Below, one piece after another: positions 1-12,998 of a DNA stretch of 64,000 nt. The stretch lies in assembly GCA_951406725.2 (NCBI GenBank), contig OX597815.1, forward strand, positions 62,744,001 to 62,808,000. Direction: 5' to 3'. The DNA is from Octopus vulgaris. Lineage: Eukaryota. Position numbers and translations under genes: made by a program. The notes beneath the pieces were generated by a model. It was not told the origin of the DNA and did no database searches. It saw only the letters and a list, made by a program, of their open reading frames with translations. Within the stretch, counting starts at the first letter, position 1. Each line of letters opens with the position of its first letter.

Positions 1-30
1 TCAATGTTTCTAACAAGAGCGTGAGATGTT

Positions 31-243
31 CTCTTTACTCTTTTACTTGTTTTCAGTCATTTTCATGCTGGAGCACCGCCTTTAGTCGAGCAAATCGACC
101 CCGGTACTTATTCTTTGTAAGCCCAGTACTTATTCTATCGGTCTCTTTTGCCGAACCGCTAAGTGACGGGGACGTAAACACACCAGCATCGGTTGTCAAG
201 CAATGCTAGAGGGACAAACACAGACACACAAACACATAAACAC

Positions 244-329
<86 letters not shown>

Positions 330-504
330 ATACATATATACGACAGGCTTCTTTCAGTTTCCGTCTACCAAATCCACTCACAAGGCTTTGGTCGGCCCGA
401 GGCTATAGCAGAAGACACTTGCCCAAGATACCACGCAGTGGGACTGAACCCGGAACCATGTGGTTGGTTAGCAAGCTACTTACCACACAGCCACTCCTAC
501 GCCT
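31..504 (-). mobile_element. tRNA-derived SINE, family A, near full length, with central (CA)/(TA)n microsatellite
   Basis: Minus-strand head GGCGTAGGAGTGGCTGTGTGGTAAG...GGTTCAGTCCC (Pol III A/B-box-like); 3' tail GGCGGTGCTCCAGCATG...CTGAAAACAAGTAAAAGAG; many homologous copies in this window. Confidence 0.9.
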
Positions 505-2940
505 ATATTATCATGCTGTTTATAGTAATCAACAAATTATTTGCTACTGCGTGCTGATGTCCGTTAATCATGATAATTTATGAGGTGGACGCAAAAAAGC
601 GACAGCCCAAACAATAACGAACCTATTCTCAAAACATTCTGTTATGAACACATTATCTAAAGGGAGGAGATATTCTCTGATGACGAAATACAACAGCGAT
701 CAGTATGTTAACGTTCGAATCTACCAGAGCATATTGCGAATGAATTCTCCCCTTTTGCATGCACCTAACATTTCTGTAAATTGCATTTCTCATTGTTAAT
801 TAAATCGCAATGACATTTTCGGACATCTACTTATGATGTGAGCGATATCTTAAGTACTAATCATGAGTTTTCTATATTAATGTTTTTGGCCTATGCCTCT
901 ATCCTGTTTTCATCAGATATTTCTTGTTTATATTATGTAATGTAAAACTTTTCCTTCAAAAGCCGCTCTCACCTTAAAGCTCTATGACATCATTGTCATG
1001 TTTGGCCTTCATCTGATATATATTCGGGTTTTCGTTTGATGACCTCCTGCAGTAGCTGTGCAACTCTTTTGCTCGTGTTTCCTGGTCAACGAGGTTGGGC
1101 ATACTTTGCGATCAGCTTCTTACCAATTCTCATGTTATCTGCCTCAAACATGAGAAGCTCTAAACGTCCGTTGATACGTGGCGGTTAAGTAAATGTTCTC
1201 AGTGCAATATGATGTATCATTCAAAAAAGCCATTACAATCTATAATAAGTCACTGCCTCGTTCTTTTCCTTTTAACTAAATTTTGATTATATCACTGTCG
1301 ATATGGTAATCGCTGGTGTTTATAGTTTTAGTATTTTAACATGAATAACCCGGTACTCTTCTAACTCTCAATCCAGTATCCAAAACGTTAGTATGTGAAA
1401 TAGTCCAGCATGTATTGTTTTATTGCACGCAATGAGTTACGACAGTGTCGTTTTTATTTGGTTCTCGTTCCTTATTACAAGTCACATTACAGGTTAGATT
1501 TTTTATCCATCTCTCATCAGATATAGAAGAAACAGTCATGCGGTTGTTGAAACACTGCAAGACTGGTTTATAAATCTTCCCCTTTTCACAAACGAATAAG
1601 AACGATTATTCTGATGAAACTCCTCTCCATATCCTTTAAGAATGTCATTACCAAGTTAAGAATGATTTTCATGCCATTCACATTTTGTTCCTCTGTCTAT
1701 CTGTAAATATATAAATTTGAAAGTAAGTAAGAATGTAGGTGTATATTTGTATGTATATACTTGATGTTATATTTCTTATAAAATATTTGAATTAATTCCT
1801 ATGAAAAAGGAGCTAGTTAGATATAAAAATTCATAGCGCCATTTCTAAAATTTATACAACGGTGAAAAGTTATATATTGAATACTAGTATTTATAAACTG
1901 TATATATAAAGTAAATATTAGCTAATTCTTTTTTTTTTTCATCTCAAATCCTTTATGAGTTTGGTTTCTAACATGACCATGGAAGTACCAATAATTATAA
2001 ACATGTATTATAATCAAGAATGTGCAGCTGCGGGTTTTGAAAGAGTCGTCCTTAAATATTCTCTTTCTTAATCATTTTCAATGAAATGGTCATTCTAGCA
2101 GGCTGGTTGCTTTCTTTAGCAACACATTTGCTTTTTTTTCTTTTTCTTTTTCTTTTTACTCATCCAAACTACAAAAGGCTTGTCATATTTGCACTGAGTG
2201 GATGTTTCCATGGGTCTGCACCATCAAAATCTCTTCTCAAGAAATTTATCTATTTATTCAACAAGAGTTATTTTTCTATATAAATACTAAAGCAGAGTAT
2301 GTTGTTTTAGCAACAACATGTCGCATTGAAAAATGGCAACCCAGACATTCTTGGACCGTTGTTGATTTGTTCTTCCTACGACAGACCAATTTTGGAATAT
2401 AAGTCTGGTTTTTCAGAATTCATATAAATATCTAGTTTGTTAACAGTTTGTAGAACATCAACATATTGAACTAATATCTAACTGTTATCTCTCTTCAACT
2501 GTTTCTTTCCCGTGATGCAGCTATCCTACATCGAAGTTGAATGTCGAAGTTTTTCTCTCCTTGTAATAGTTTTAAACCATCAACAAAGTTTGACATTCAA
2601 CGTTTTGTGTCAATGCATGAAAATTACTTTTTATTTTTACTTTACAAGTTTCAAGTAAGGAATCTCGGTAGATTTTAACTTGTGTCAAAAGATCCTATTG
2701 GTCTGCTGTGAACTTATTATTCCCTTCACAACATATGGCAATGTTTTAAACGTTCAATTCTACATGTTGTTTTCTTAAAATCTTATAATTCACCTGGGCA
2801 TAGAGTTATTTCATTACTTCCATAAACTACAGATATCTTCTCGATGTCCTTTTAATAGTGACAACAGCTTTATATACATGCAATTATTGATATTCCAATA
2901 TGTTACCCCTTATTTTCATTTTGTTCCCAACAATATAATA

Positions 2941-3110
2941 CATACATGCATACATGTATGTATATGTGTATGTATGTATGTATGTATGTATGTATGTATG
3001 TATGTATGTATGTATGTATGCATGTATGTATGTATGTATGGATGGATGGATGGATGGATGGATGGATGGATGGATGGATGGATGGATGGGATGGATGGAT
3101 GGATGGATGG
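2941..3110. repeat. (TATG)n/(GATG)n microsatellite
   Basis: Direct inspection. Confidence 0.95.
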
Positions 3111-3421
3111 GTGTTACCTGTGATGTAGGCAGCAAAGTCTACCAAGAGCCGCATCGGGCTTATGAGACATCTGAAAATCCATAAGTCTTTGCGGCAAACC
3201 CTGTTGGCCTCTCGCCGGCTTTATGAGCAACTGCCAATCTCACGTTCGTACGAACTATCAGTTCGTAGTCAACTTCTCATTGGAAGATGCTCGGCTAGCT
3301 AGTTGATAGCCATCATATGTGCATGTATGTATGTATGTATGTATGTATGTATGTATGTATGTATGTATGTATGTATGTATGTATGTATGTATGTATGTAT
3401 GCATGTATATTTGTATGTATG

Positions 3422-3455
<34 letters not shown>

Positions 3456-3477
3456 TGTATATGTATGTATATGTATG

Positions 3478-3588
<111 letters not shown>

Positions 3589-3616
3589 GCATATACATAT
3601 ACATATACATATAAGC

Positions 3617-4130
3617 TACATAAAGATCGTCTCAATGCGACATGTTAGCTACTGGGAGAGATTGAAAAAGCTAAGACTCTATTCCCTTGAACGAAGGAGG
3701 GAAAATATGTAGTGATATACATCTAGAAAATCCTAGTAGAGCTTGTACCAAACTTTGGCATTGTTAGTTACACAAACAGCAGAACTGGTAACCACTGCAT
3801 AGTACCAAAATTCCTAAAATCGCCATTAAGAAACAGAACCAGATACTGTCACATGTTAGGTTTCAAGGGTTCACAGCTCTTCAATATCTTCCCAAAATGC
3901 CTGAGAGACCTACATGGGATAGATATAGGTGTCTTCAGAACAAAGCTAGATCTCCTTCTGTCAACAGTTTCAGTTGAACCTTCCTAGCGGCAAGGAACTT
4001 AGGTAAGAGCAGCAACGTTAAACTCATTCACCAAATGCCACGTATCAGAGAACGTTTAGTGGAAGTGTAACAAAGCTAACGGCAGTGCCCCAGCATAGCC
4101 ACAGCTCTCGAACTGAAAGTAAATAAGAAA
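3617..4130 (+). mobile_element. CR1-clade LINE 3' fragment (degenerate)
   Basis: Translates to SYWERLKKLRLYSLERRRE, then ..GFKGSQLFNIFPKCLRDL..; homologous to 23245-23805; ends in a stem-loop tail. Confidence 0.8.
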
Positions 4131-4141
4131 TATATCACTCT

Positions 4142-4197
<56 letters not shown>

Positions 4198-4248
4198 TTA
4201 CACACACACACATGCACACACACATACGTATATTTGTATCCATATGTG

Positions 4249-4280
<32 letters not shown>

Positions 4281-4600
4281 TGTATGTATGTATGTATGTA
4301 TGTATGTATGTATGTATGTGTGTGTGTACATGTGTATGCATGTATGTACACATGTCTGTATACATGCATGCATGTACCTTTGTACGCTTATAGTATATAT
4401 GTATGCTTTTCTTTGAAATTTATTCAATTTTTCGCTTAGTTCAACTTCAAAATGACGAGACATTTCTGGCTGAAGTTACGACCGTTTCGATGATTTGTAA
4501 ATATGAGATGTGAGTGTGTGTGTATGCATGTGTGTATGTACGTATGTGTATGCGCGCGTGTGTGTGCGTGTGCAAGTATTTGCGTATGTATGTGTGTGTA

Positions 4601-4653
<53 letters not shown>

Positions 4654-4959
4654 GCATGCGTGCGTGCGTGTCTATGAGTGTATGCACATAAGTAGCTCGA
4701 ACTCGAGTGTTAGAGTGTCGTTAGAAAGCCGGGAAATAACTGGAAACGGAATTTCAACTAACGGCGCCTCTCCCTCGGCACGACCATTCTTCGCTTTGTA
4801 TTTAAAACCGGATCTACAGTTCGAACTACTTGAAAGTGAACATATTTACCCTAACGCGTGTATAGAAGTGCTTATAGTTCAGTACCGGAACTTTTATTAT
4901 CAGTAAAATTCCCAAAACGCTAATTCCAAACACCTTAGTATTACAAAAATTTCATTGTC

Positions 4960-6042
4960 TTTGTCGTCTTTTCGCAGCTCGTCTCCTTGACAGAGCTGCA
5001 GTCCTGGATGAAGAAAAGAACGAGACTGGGCACCTGGCAACTAGAATGTCAGGCGCTCACGACCTTCTATCTGTCGGACAATGGGATCGGTGCACTTCCG
5101 CTTTAGAAATTTATAGAGGATTAGTGGCGGCGAAGTGCGACGACGTTCTCTGGGAGAACCTGGACGCCAACGAGAACGAACTGGCTAGTCTGTTCTGGAG
5201 GACTTTCCGGTGGGGAAATATCATGGATAATTTCCCAGATGTCCTTGGCCTGGCAGTGCTACCGGGGGTGGAGTTGTGAGCACTACCGGTTCGGGATACA
5301 CTCTACAGGCACGGACATGCTGTCAGACGGGCTTGTTCGAGGTGCGCGCAGAGTGACGAAACCATTCTGCACGCCCTCGTTCAATGTCCTGGTATTGCTG
5401 ACTTGTGAGGTTATGTCGAACAGCTGCTATCGCATGTGGAACGGATCCGTCTGAGAGTTGAGTCCATAATGATGATTGCCCCACCGCCCTCCCTTAATCG
5501 GGCAGGCAAGGTAGTTTTCCTTTGCCTGATGGCTGTGGCGAAAGAGATTGTTTGTGGTCAAGGCTGAAAGGCATGGGGACAGATACATTCCTCTTTGGTA
5601 GAGCTCTCATTGACTTCTTCAAGTTTCACTTGAAAAGGAAATTGGGAGAGGAGAAGGAAATGCTGTCTTCGAGTGAGTTTATTGAAAAGTGGGAGAAAGT
5701 TGCGAAAATGGCAATGGTGGATGGTACCTCTCTAAGTGTGAACCTGTGAGTCGGAGAGAAGGAATAAGAGATGGCACCTGCTCTTGGAGTTTCAGGGAAA
5801 TCTCAAACAGTGGGTTCCTCGATTATCCCAAGATGCCTTCCATTTATCAGGAGGGCCACATCATCCTCCATGCCATTTTTTAAACCTTTGAATGCTATCC
5901 ATATCTCCCTTCTTTTTCAGTGTATCCCGTGTAAACTTTCTTTCTTTCATTCATTATTTTTTATTTTTTATTATTTCCTTAGATGTAAACCCCGACCCTT
6001 TATTACCCCTTCATCATTTGCCCTGGTGACAAATAAATGAAA
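4960..6042 (+). mobile_element. L1/Tx1-clade LINE ORF2 C-terminal fragment with 3' UTR
   Basis: SLAWQCYRG motif and C-terminal CCHC finger CSRCAQSDETILHALVQCP (about 5330-5390); ends AATAAATGAA followed by (ATT)n. Confidence 0.75.
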
Positions 6043-6080
6043 TTATTATTATTATTGTTATTATTATTATTATTATTGTT

Positions 6081-6182
<102 letters not shown>

Positions 6183-6635
6183 GAGTGAGAGAGCAGTGCA
6201 TGCCATCAAATGAAACGGGTAAAATATATGAAGCCCATCATGACTACCCGTCTGATCAGGGTACGCTAGGCACATGCATCACAACCATATGTGTGCGACC
6301 TGGAGATCTCATATCAAGATAAACAGCAACTGACCTTACTGGTTGGACCCAGTTAGGATTTTCTTCTGGTCGAGTAACCCATCCCGCTCAAAAGGTCCCT
6401 GAATGAGGGTTGTTTAAGGATATTGAACGAAACACCCATGTTTCCAGAGGTGAATTATTCAAGCCCCAAAGAATTCCTCTCAACACATGGCTATGATGCT
6501 CCCCTACTACTACTGCTCGTGATCAGAGATGCACATATCGTCAGCCATGGTCAACTGGTTATGGTCAAACAACTGACAAGCAAATTTGTGGTATTGAGCA
6601 GAATATTTGCTGTGGCCCATCTTTTATACTAAGAC

Positions 6636-6637
<2 letters not shown>
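6183..6637 (-). mobile_element. Non-coding interspersed element, family C, 5'-truncated
   Basis: Reverse complement of 6800-7277; flanked by (ATT)n/(AAT)n. Confidence 0.85.
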
Positions 6638-6721
<84 letters not shown>

Positions 6722-6723
6722 AT

Positions 6724-7277
6724 GCCCTGATGCAGTACCAGGCAGTGGCTCTCATGGCTTCTGATCTTAACTGATTGGAAGTGTTATCATGTACATTGTT
6801 TTGTCTTGGTATAAAAGATGGTCTACAGCAAATATTCTGCTCAATACCACATATTTGCTTGTCAGTTGTTTGACCTTAACCAGTTGAGCATGTCCCTTAG
6901 TGGCTGACGATATGTGCATCTCTGATCACGAGCAGAAGTAGTGGGGGAGCATCATAGCCATGTGTTGAGAGGGATTCTTTGGGGTTTGAATAATTCACCT
7001 CTGGAAACATGGGTGGTTCTTTCAACATCCTTAAACAACTCTTATTCAGGGATCTTTTGAGCGGGATGGGCTACTCAACCTGAAGAAAATTCTAACTGGG
7101 CCCCACCTGCAAGGTCATGTGCTGTTTATCTTGATATGAGATCACCATGTCGCGCACATATGGTTGTGATGCATGTGCCTGGTGTACCCTTATCAGACGG
7201 GTAGTCATGATGGGTATATTGGGCTTCGTATATTTTACCCCAGTGTCACTTTGATGACATGAACTGCTCTCTCACTC
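6724..7277 (+). mobile_element. Non-coding interspersed element, family C, about 555 bp, apparently full length
   Basis: Starts GCCCTGATGCAGTACCAG, ends CTCTCTCACTC(AAT)n; four copies in the window, all in (AAT)n tracts. Confidence 0.85.
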
Positions 7278-7304
7278 AATAATAATAATAATAATAATGA
7301 TTTC

Positions 7305-7384
<80 letters not shown>

Positions 7385-7456
7385 GCACACACACATACAT
7401 ATATGCACACACACACATACATATATGCACACACGCATCTACATGTACGAAAGTTG

Positions 7457-7640
7457 CTATTTGTTTGTTCCCCACCACTGCTTGACACCGGTATTTGTTT
7501 ACATCACCGTAACTTAGTAGCTTGGCAAGAGCCCGAGAATATGAACCTTACTTGAAAATATAAGCACGGAGGTCGATTGTTCGAGTGAACGCATCAAGGC
7601 CTAGCCTCAGCTTGGCTGTCGTCCAATGACTGAAATAAGC
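7457..7640 (+). mobile_element. SINE family A, diverged 3' half
   Basis: Similar to 43495-43683 (CGTAACTTAG...GGTCGATT...ATGACTGAAA). Confidence 0.7.
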
Positions 7641-7887
7641 AGCAGAAAAACGATTAATACAGAGACTCCAAAACGGCATTTTAAAAAGGTTTTGTCACTT
7701 TCTTGAGCAATCTTTCGGTTTATGACCACAAATTTAACATGGAAGACCAATCGAAAAATATCGGTATTGATATTTTGGGAGAAAAAATTGAAATTTTTGA
7801 AAGTGATATTTTCTATAGAAATAATAATGTCCAGATGAAGCAAAGACTTTCTTGTGAGAATCTTATCTTTTCACGAATACCAGTTTC

Positions 7888-8222
7888 AACAAGAACACTC
7901 AGAGAGCGCAAACCTCCGCCAAGGCAACACCAACGATTAATCTGAGATGATTTTTAAAATGAGAATATCTGAAATAAACTCGACTGCTCTCACAAACGAG
8001 AATACTAAAAGTGAATCCGACCTCTCTCAAAAATTAAGTAAAAAACAAAAACGGAAAAGTAATCCCAGAATCCTTGTCCGGTACCGGACACAAGGTCAAA
8101 CATCCCTGACAGTTTCATCAGAATCTATTCAGCAGTTTTTGAGGTATCTTGTCCACGGACAGACAAACAAACAAACGCGACTGAAAACAATACCTCCGCC
8201 TTAGTGAAGGCGAAGGTTATAA
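7888..8222. mobile_element. Helentron/DINE-like non-autonomous rolling-circle element (putative)
   Basis: ACCTCCGCC near both ends, terminal hairpin ACCTCCGCCTTAGTGAAGGCGAAGGT, subterminal (ACAG/ACAA)n. Confidence 0.5.
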
Positions 8223-8849
8223 TATCTATGACTACATTATGCAAACGAGATGTCTGACACTCTTATTTGGTTCCAGGTCGGCTATAATCAATCAGAACAT
8301 TAACCAATGACTTGCCCGCCATGACTATTGCCTTCATGGAAGCCTAGTGTAGTATAAGGATTGCTGTCTGTTAACGGAAGATTTGAACATGTGATGTCAA
8401 CCTTTTGACCGTGAATTGGCTATAACTTGTCATAATATCAATGCTTCCAACCAAGATCAGTTTGTCTTTATTCGAACATAGTATATCTAGGATCTACATT
8501 ATCCGATGTGCCCACATTTTTTTTAAAAAAAGGATAAGATTTCTGGAGAACTGACTGTTATTTCCTGCAGGTTGAAAATGACTATTTAGAAGTGCATGTG
8601 GTGATCATGAAAAACGAGTCAGTTTATGCGTGTCAGTTTGTCTAACAAAACAAACCCGGCAATACAGTTTCGATTCTTGTATGGAGGAATAGCTAAAGAA
8701 TCACTATTCTTTTCTCTTTTGCCTCAACAAAAACCTTCTGTTGGTTTGCATTTTTAAAGTTTCAGGTTCTTCGAATTTCTATTTCCAACGAATTCTTTCT
8801 TCTCTTCTTCCGCCGACGTGACTCCCAGCTCCTCTTAGTTCCATTAAGT

Positions 8850-8867
8850 CCTCCTCCTCCTCCCTCC

Positions 8868-8898
<31 letters not shown>

Positions 8899-8907
8899 CT
8901 TCTTCTT

Positions 8908-8940
<33 letters not shown>

Positions 8941-9625
8941 ACAGTTCCTGCAATTCCACTACACGCAATTTCTCTCTTTCTCTGTTTGTTTGTCTGTCTC
9001 TCTTTTTGTCTGTCTCTCTCTCAAATACGTACACACACATACACAACTTCAAATACTAGCCGCCTTCATTCCCACACAACCACCACCATCACAACAGTTT
9101 CTAATACGACCACACCACCACAACCCCCACCCCAAACATCACCAGCAAAGCCTCTAGCAAAACCACCACCGTATCCACCACCACCACCACCACTGTCACC
9201 GCTACCAGCACCAGCACCAGCACCACCATTACACCACCATTTTAACTACCTCCATCACTACAATCTCTACAACAAATCCAGCTACCATCATCACCCCACC
9301 AGCACTACTGCACACCCCATCACCCTATAATTGTAGACACATGACAACACAGCCGCCTCCATAATTAAACATGGTCACTTCCTACCCCACCACATCCCTA
9401 ATGCCCTACCCCACACACACTCAATAACTTCTTTCACATCTAATTATCACATCCTTTGTTAACACCACCACCACCGCCACCGCCGCTGCCATCATTACCA
9501 CAACATCACAAACAACATTCAACTGACAAACTTCCTCCTCTTCTCATCTTCATGCCCGATCCTCCAACCCTCTTCCCACTACGTCTTTTTCATCACCACC
9601 ATTACCACCACCATCGTCATCATCG

Positions 9626-9660
<35 letters not shown>

Positions 9661-9960
9661 GTCGTCGTCATCGTCGTCGTAGTCGTCATCGCCGTCGTCG
9701 TTGTCAACTCTACATTTTCACCACAACCACCACCACCACCACCATCGTCATAGTCATCATCATCATCATTGAGATCTTCCGCGTCGCCACCGTCGTTGTC
9801 ACCAGAACTTCGTCATTATCAACATCGTTGTCGCCGTTATCGTTGTTGTCGTCCTCGTCGTCGTCATCATCATCCTCTCTACTTATCGATTGTTGTCAAT
9901 GCTGCTGCTACTGCTGCTGCCACGGCTGCTGCTGTTTGTTCTCTCTGCTGTCATTGACGT
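8850..9960. repeat. Low-complexity (CTT)n/(ACC)n/(CAT)n/(GTC)n tract
   Basis: Degenerate trinucleotide repeats; ORFs are homopolymeric. Confidence 0.85.
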
Positions 9961-10199
9961 AATCTCCCAGACGCACTCAACATAGTCAGAACAACCTCCC
10001 CACTCAGTACCTATCACACCCCACCTATCACACTTATCACACATTCCAACTCACACACGCATTGACATACATTTACACACACATACACACACTGCAATAC
10101 TGTCAATAGTCGCTACAACTTCCCTCCCTCCCTCCCTCCCTCTCAATCCTCTCCCACCTCTCTGTCTCACCCAAGCACATACATGTATACATACATACG

Positions 10200-10298
<99 letters not shown>

Positions 10299-10735
10299 GT
10301 GTGTGTGTGTATCTGTAAGAGAATATATAAGTATAAATATATGTGTATACGTATATAGAAATATATACATACATGCATGCATACATACCTACATACACAT
10401 ATATATATATGTATATGTAAGTATATGTGTATATATTTATACACACACACATATATACACATATACATGCATACATACATAAATACATACATACATACAT
10501 ACATACATACATACAGACATACATACATAGACATATGCGTATATATATATATGTGCGAGTGTGCATATACTCACATATTTACATATACATTCGCATGTAT
10601 AGGTATTTATATATGTATACATAAGTACATATATAAATGCCTATATATACGAATGTCAATGTAAGTATATGCACATATATATACACGCATGTGTGTGTGC
10701 GTATATATATATAATCTAATATATATATATATATA

Positions 10736-10771
<36 letters not shown>

Positions 10772-11014
10772 TGCACATCTGTGAGTGTGCGTGTGTGTGT
10801 ACTTACGGGTTAGTACATGTGTTATGTGTATGTGATCTTTAGTGTGTCTTCCGCTAAGACATACGCGTAGTCACACATAACAAGCTTCACCACAAACACC
10901 GCCATTTTCAAACTCGTTCTAAGCCGTCTTTGTAGTTTCTACAACAAAGCACCAAATTCATGAAAAGGAACCGGTTTCCTACTGAAATTCTTTCCTTCTT
11001 TCTTCCATACCACT

Positions 11015-11073
<59 letters not shown>

Positions 11074-11619
11074 CCTTTCTTGCTTCCTGTCTTTTTTCTT
11101 TCTTTTCTATATCTTTCTTTATGTCTACCTTTCATTTTATTATTCTGCCATTCATTCTGCACTTTTCTTCATTCTTTATTGTCTTTTATTCTTTCACCCT
11201 CTTTTATCTCTTTTATCTTTTATCTCTTTCTTATTCTTCATTTTTGTTCTTCCTATTTTTTCTTTGATACATCTTTTCATTTTATTCATTTTATTCTGAC
11301 TTATTCTTTCATTTCGTATTTCTTCGGTCTCATCCTGTATATTTTCATTCCCTCCTCTAATACTTTCATTTCTTTCCTTCTTTTTCATTCGTTTTATTTG
11401 TCATTCGTTCTTTTCCTTCAGTCTATGTTTTTTTCTCTGTATTTCTTCTTCTTCTTTCCATCACCCGTTCGGTATTTCATTTTTTAACTCTTTCTGACTC
11501 TCCATTCTACCATCTATATTGTTTTCACCCTCTTCACACGCGGGCGCACACTCACAAACACACACACACACACACGCACGCACACACACAAATTTATGTA
11601 TGCATGTAGTACGTATATA

Positions 11620-11809
11620 CTCTTTTACTTGCTTCAGTCATTTGACTACGGCCAAGCTGGAGCACCGTCTTTAGTCGATCAAATCGACCCCAGGGCTTAC
11701 TCTTTCTAAGCCTAGTACTTATTATATCGGTGTATTTTGCCGAACCGCTAAGTTACGGGGACGTAAACACACCAATATGGGTTGTGAAGAGATGTTAAGG
11801 AGGACAAAG

Positions 11810-11878
<69 letters not shown>

Positions 11879-12024
11879 CGACGGGCTTCTTCTTTGGCCC
11901 GAGGCTATAGTAGGAGACACTTACCCAAGGTGTCGCGCAGAGGGACTGAACCCGGAACCATGTGGTTGGTAAGCAAGCTACTTACCACACAGCCACTCGT
12001 ACGCCTATAACCACTACTGCGCCT
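11620..12024 (-). mobile_element. SINE family A with internal deletion
   Basis: Homologous to 31-504. Confidence 0.88.
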
Positions 12025-12051
12025 ATACATATATATATATATATATATATA

Positions 12052-12944
12052 CTAGCTTAAGGTGACCTGTTCTGCGCGCGGGTGAGTGCGTAGTTGTTAG
12101 TTTCTGTTGCTTCCTCTCTGTTTCTTATCGCCACATTCTCCCTTTTTGTTTCTATCTCCTTTCTCACTTTCCCATTCTCGAACTCTCCCTCGCTTTCTCT
12201 TACTCTTTATCTTTATCTATGTCTCTTCCATTTATAAAAAAAATAGATTTCCACGTTTAAATTACAAATCCGCTTCCATTTTACCTTGTTGAAAATTTGA
12301 TTGAAATCTGGCAAAAGGTGTCCGATTTAAACCCCCAAATGTCCCCCAAAATCAATAAAATCCCAGTTTTCTCACCAAAGCAACCACTGTAACGCCCCCA
12401 AACATCTCCTAATCAATTTCCCACCTCAAGTTACCCCATCCTGTAAATTTTAATACCCTTCCAGCCCCATTTAAACCCCTTGTTATATAAAAATCCAATT
12501 TGTATCAACGTTCGCCTTCTTCATTTTATAGATTAGACCGATATACCGGGCCTTGCTCGGGATTAAAATAGTTTATTATTGTTTTACATGTTTCGGTATT
12601 ATAACCCGATTTCATTCAGGTCTACGCGGGTCGCATTCTAAAAGATGAGGAATTTTGCCCTAGAGGTGATGCCTTTCAATTGAGCAAACGCAAAGTTGCC
12701 ATGCAAACTCGCTAGCACTTTTAACATAGGTGTGCATATTTTCAGCTGAATACAATCACATCTGCACACATTATAAATATATACATACGCATTAAATATA
12801 TACATATATACGCATTATATATACATGTCTACATATACATATATATATATCTACACATATATATACAAATATATACATATTATATATATATATACACACA
12901 CACATATATATATATATGTATACACATTATATATATATTTATAT

Positions 12945-12998
<54 letters not shown>

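Noticed and set aside
193-583. ORFs rich in YI/HT/CV/MY dipeptides here and throughout the window
   Set aside because: Translations of stop-free dinucleotide and tetranucleotide microsatellites
672-700. CTGATGACGAAA hammerhead-like core
   Set aside because: No room for helix II and no convincing helices I or III
950-1600. Possible RTE C-terminal relic on the minus strand
   Set aside because: Only a few scattered residues match; too decayed to call
8986-9962. Pro/His/Thr-rich ORFs resembling extensin or mucin
   Set aside because: Degenerate triplet repeats with no domain or splice support
12670-12715. Peptide faintly like the Helitron helicase PF..RRQFP motif (also at about 14140)
   Set aside because: Needs a frameshift, is very short, and runs opposite to the inferred element orientation
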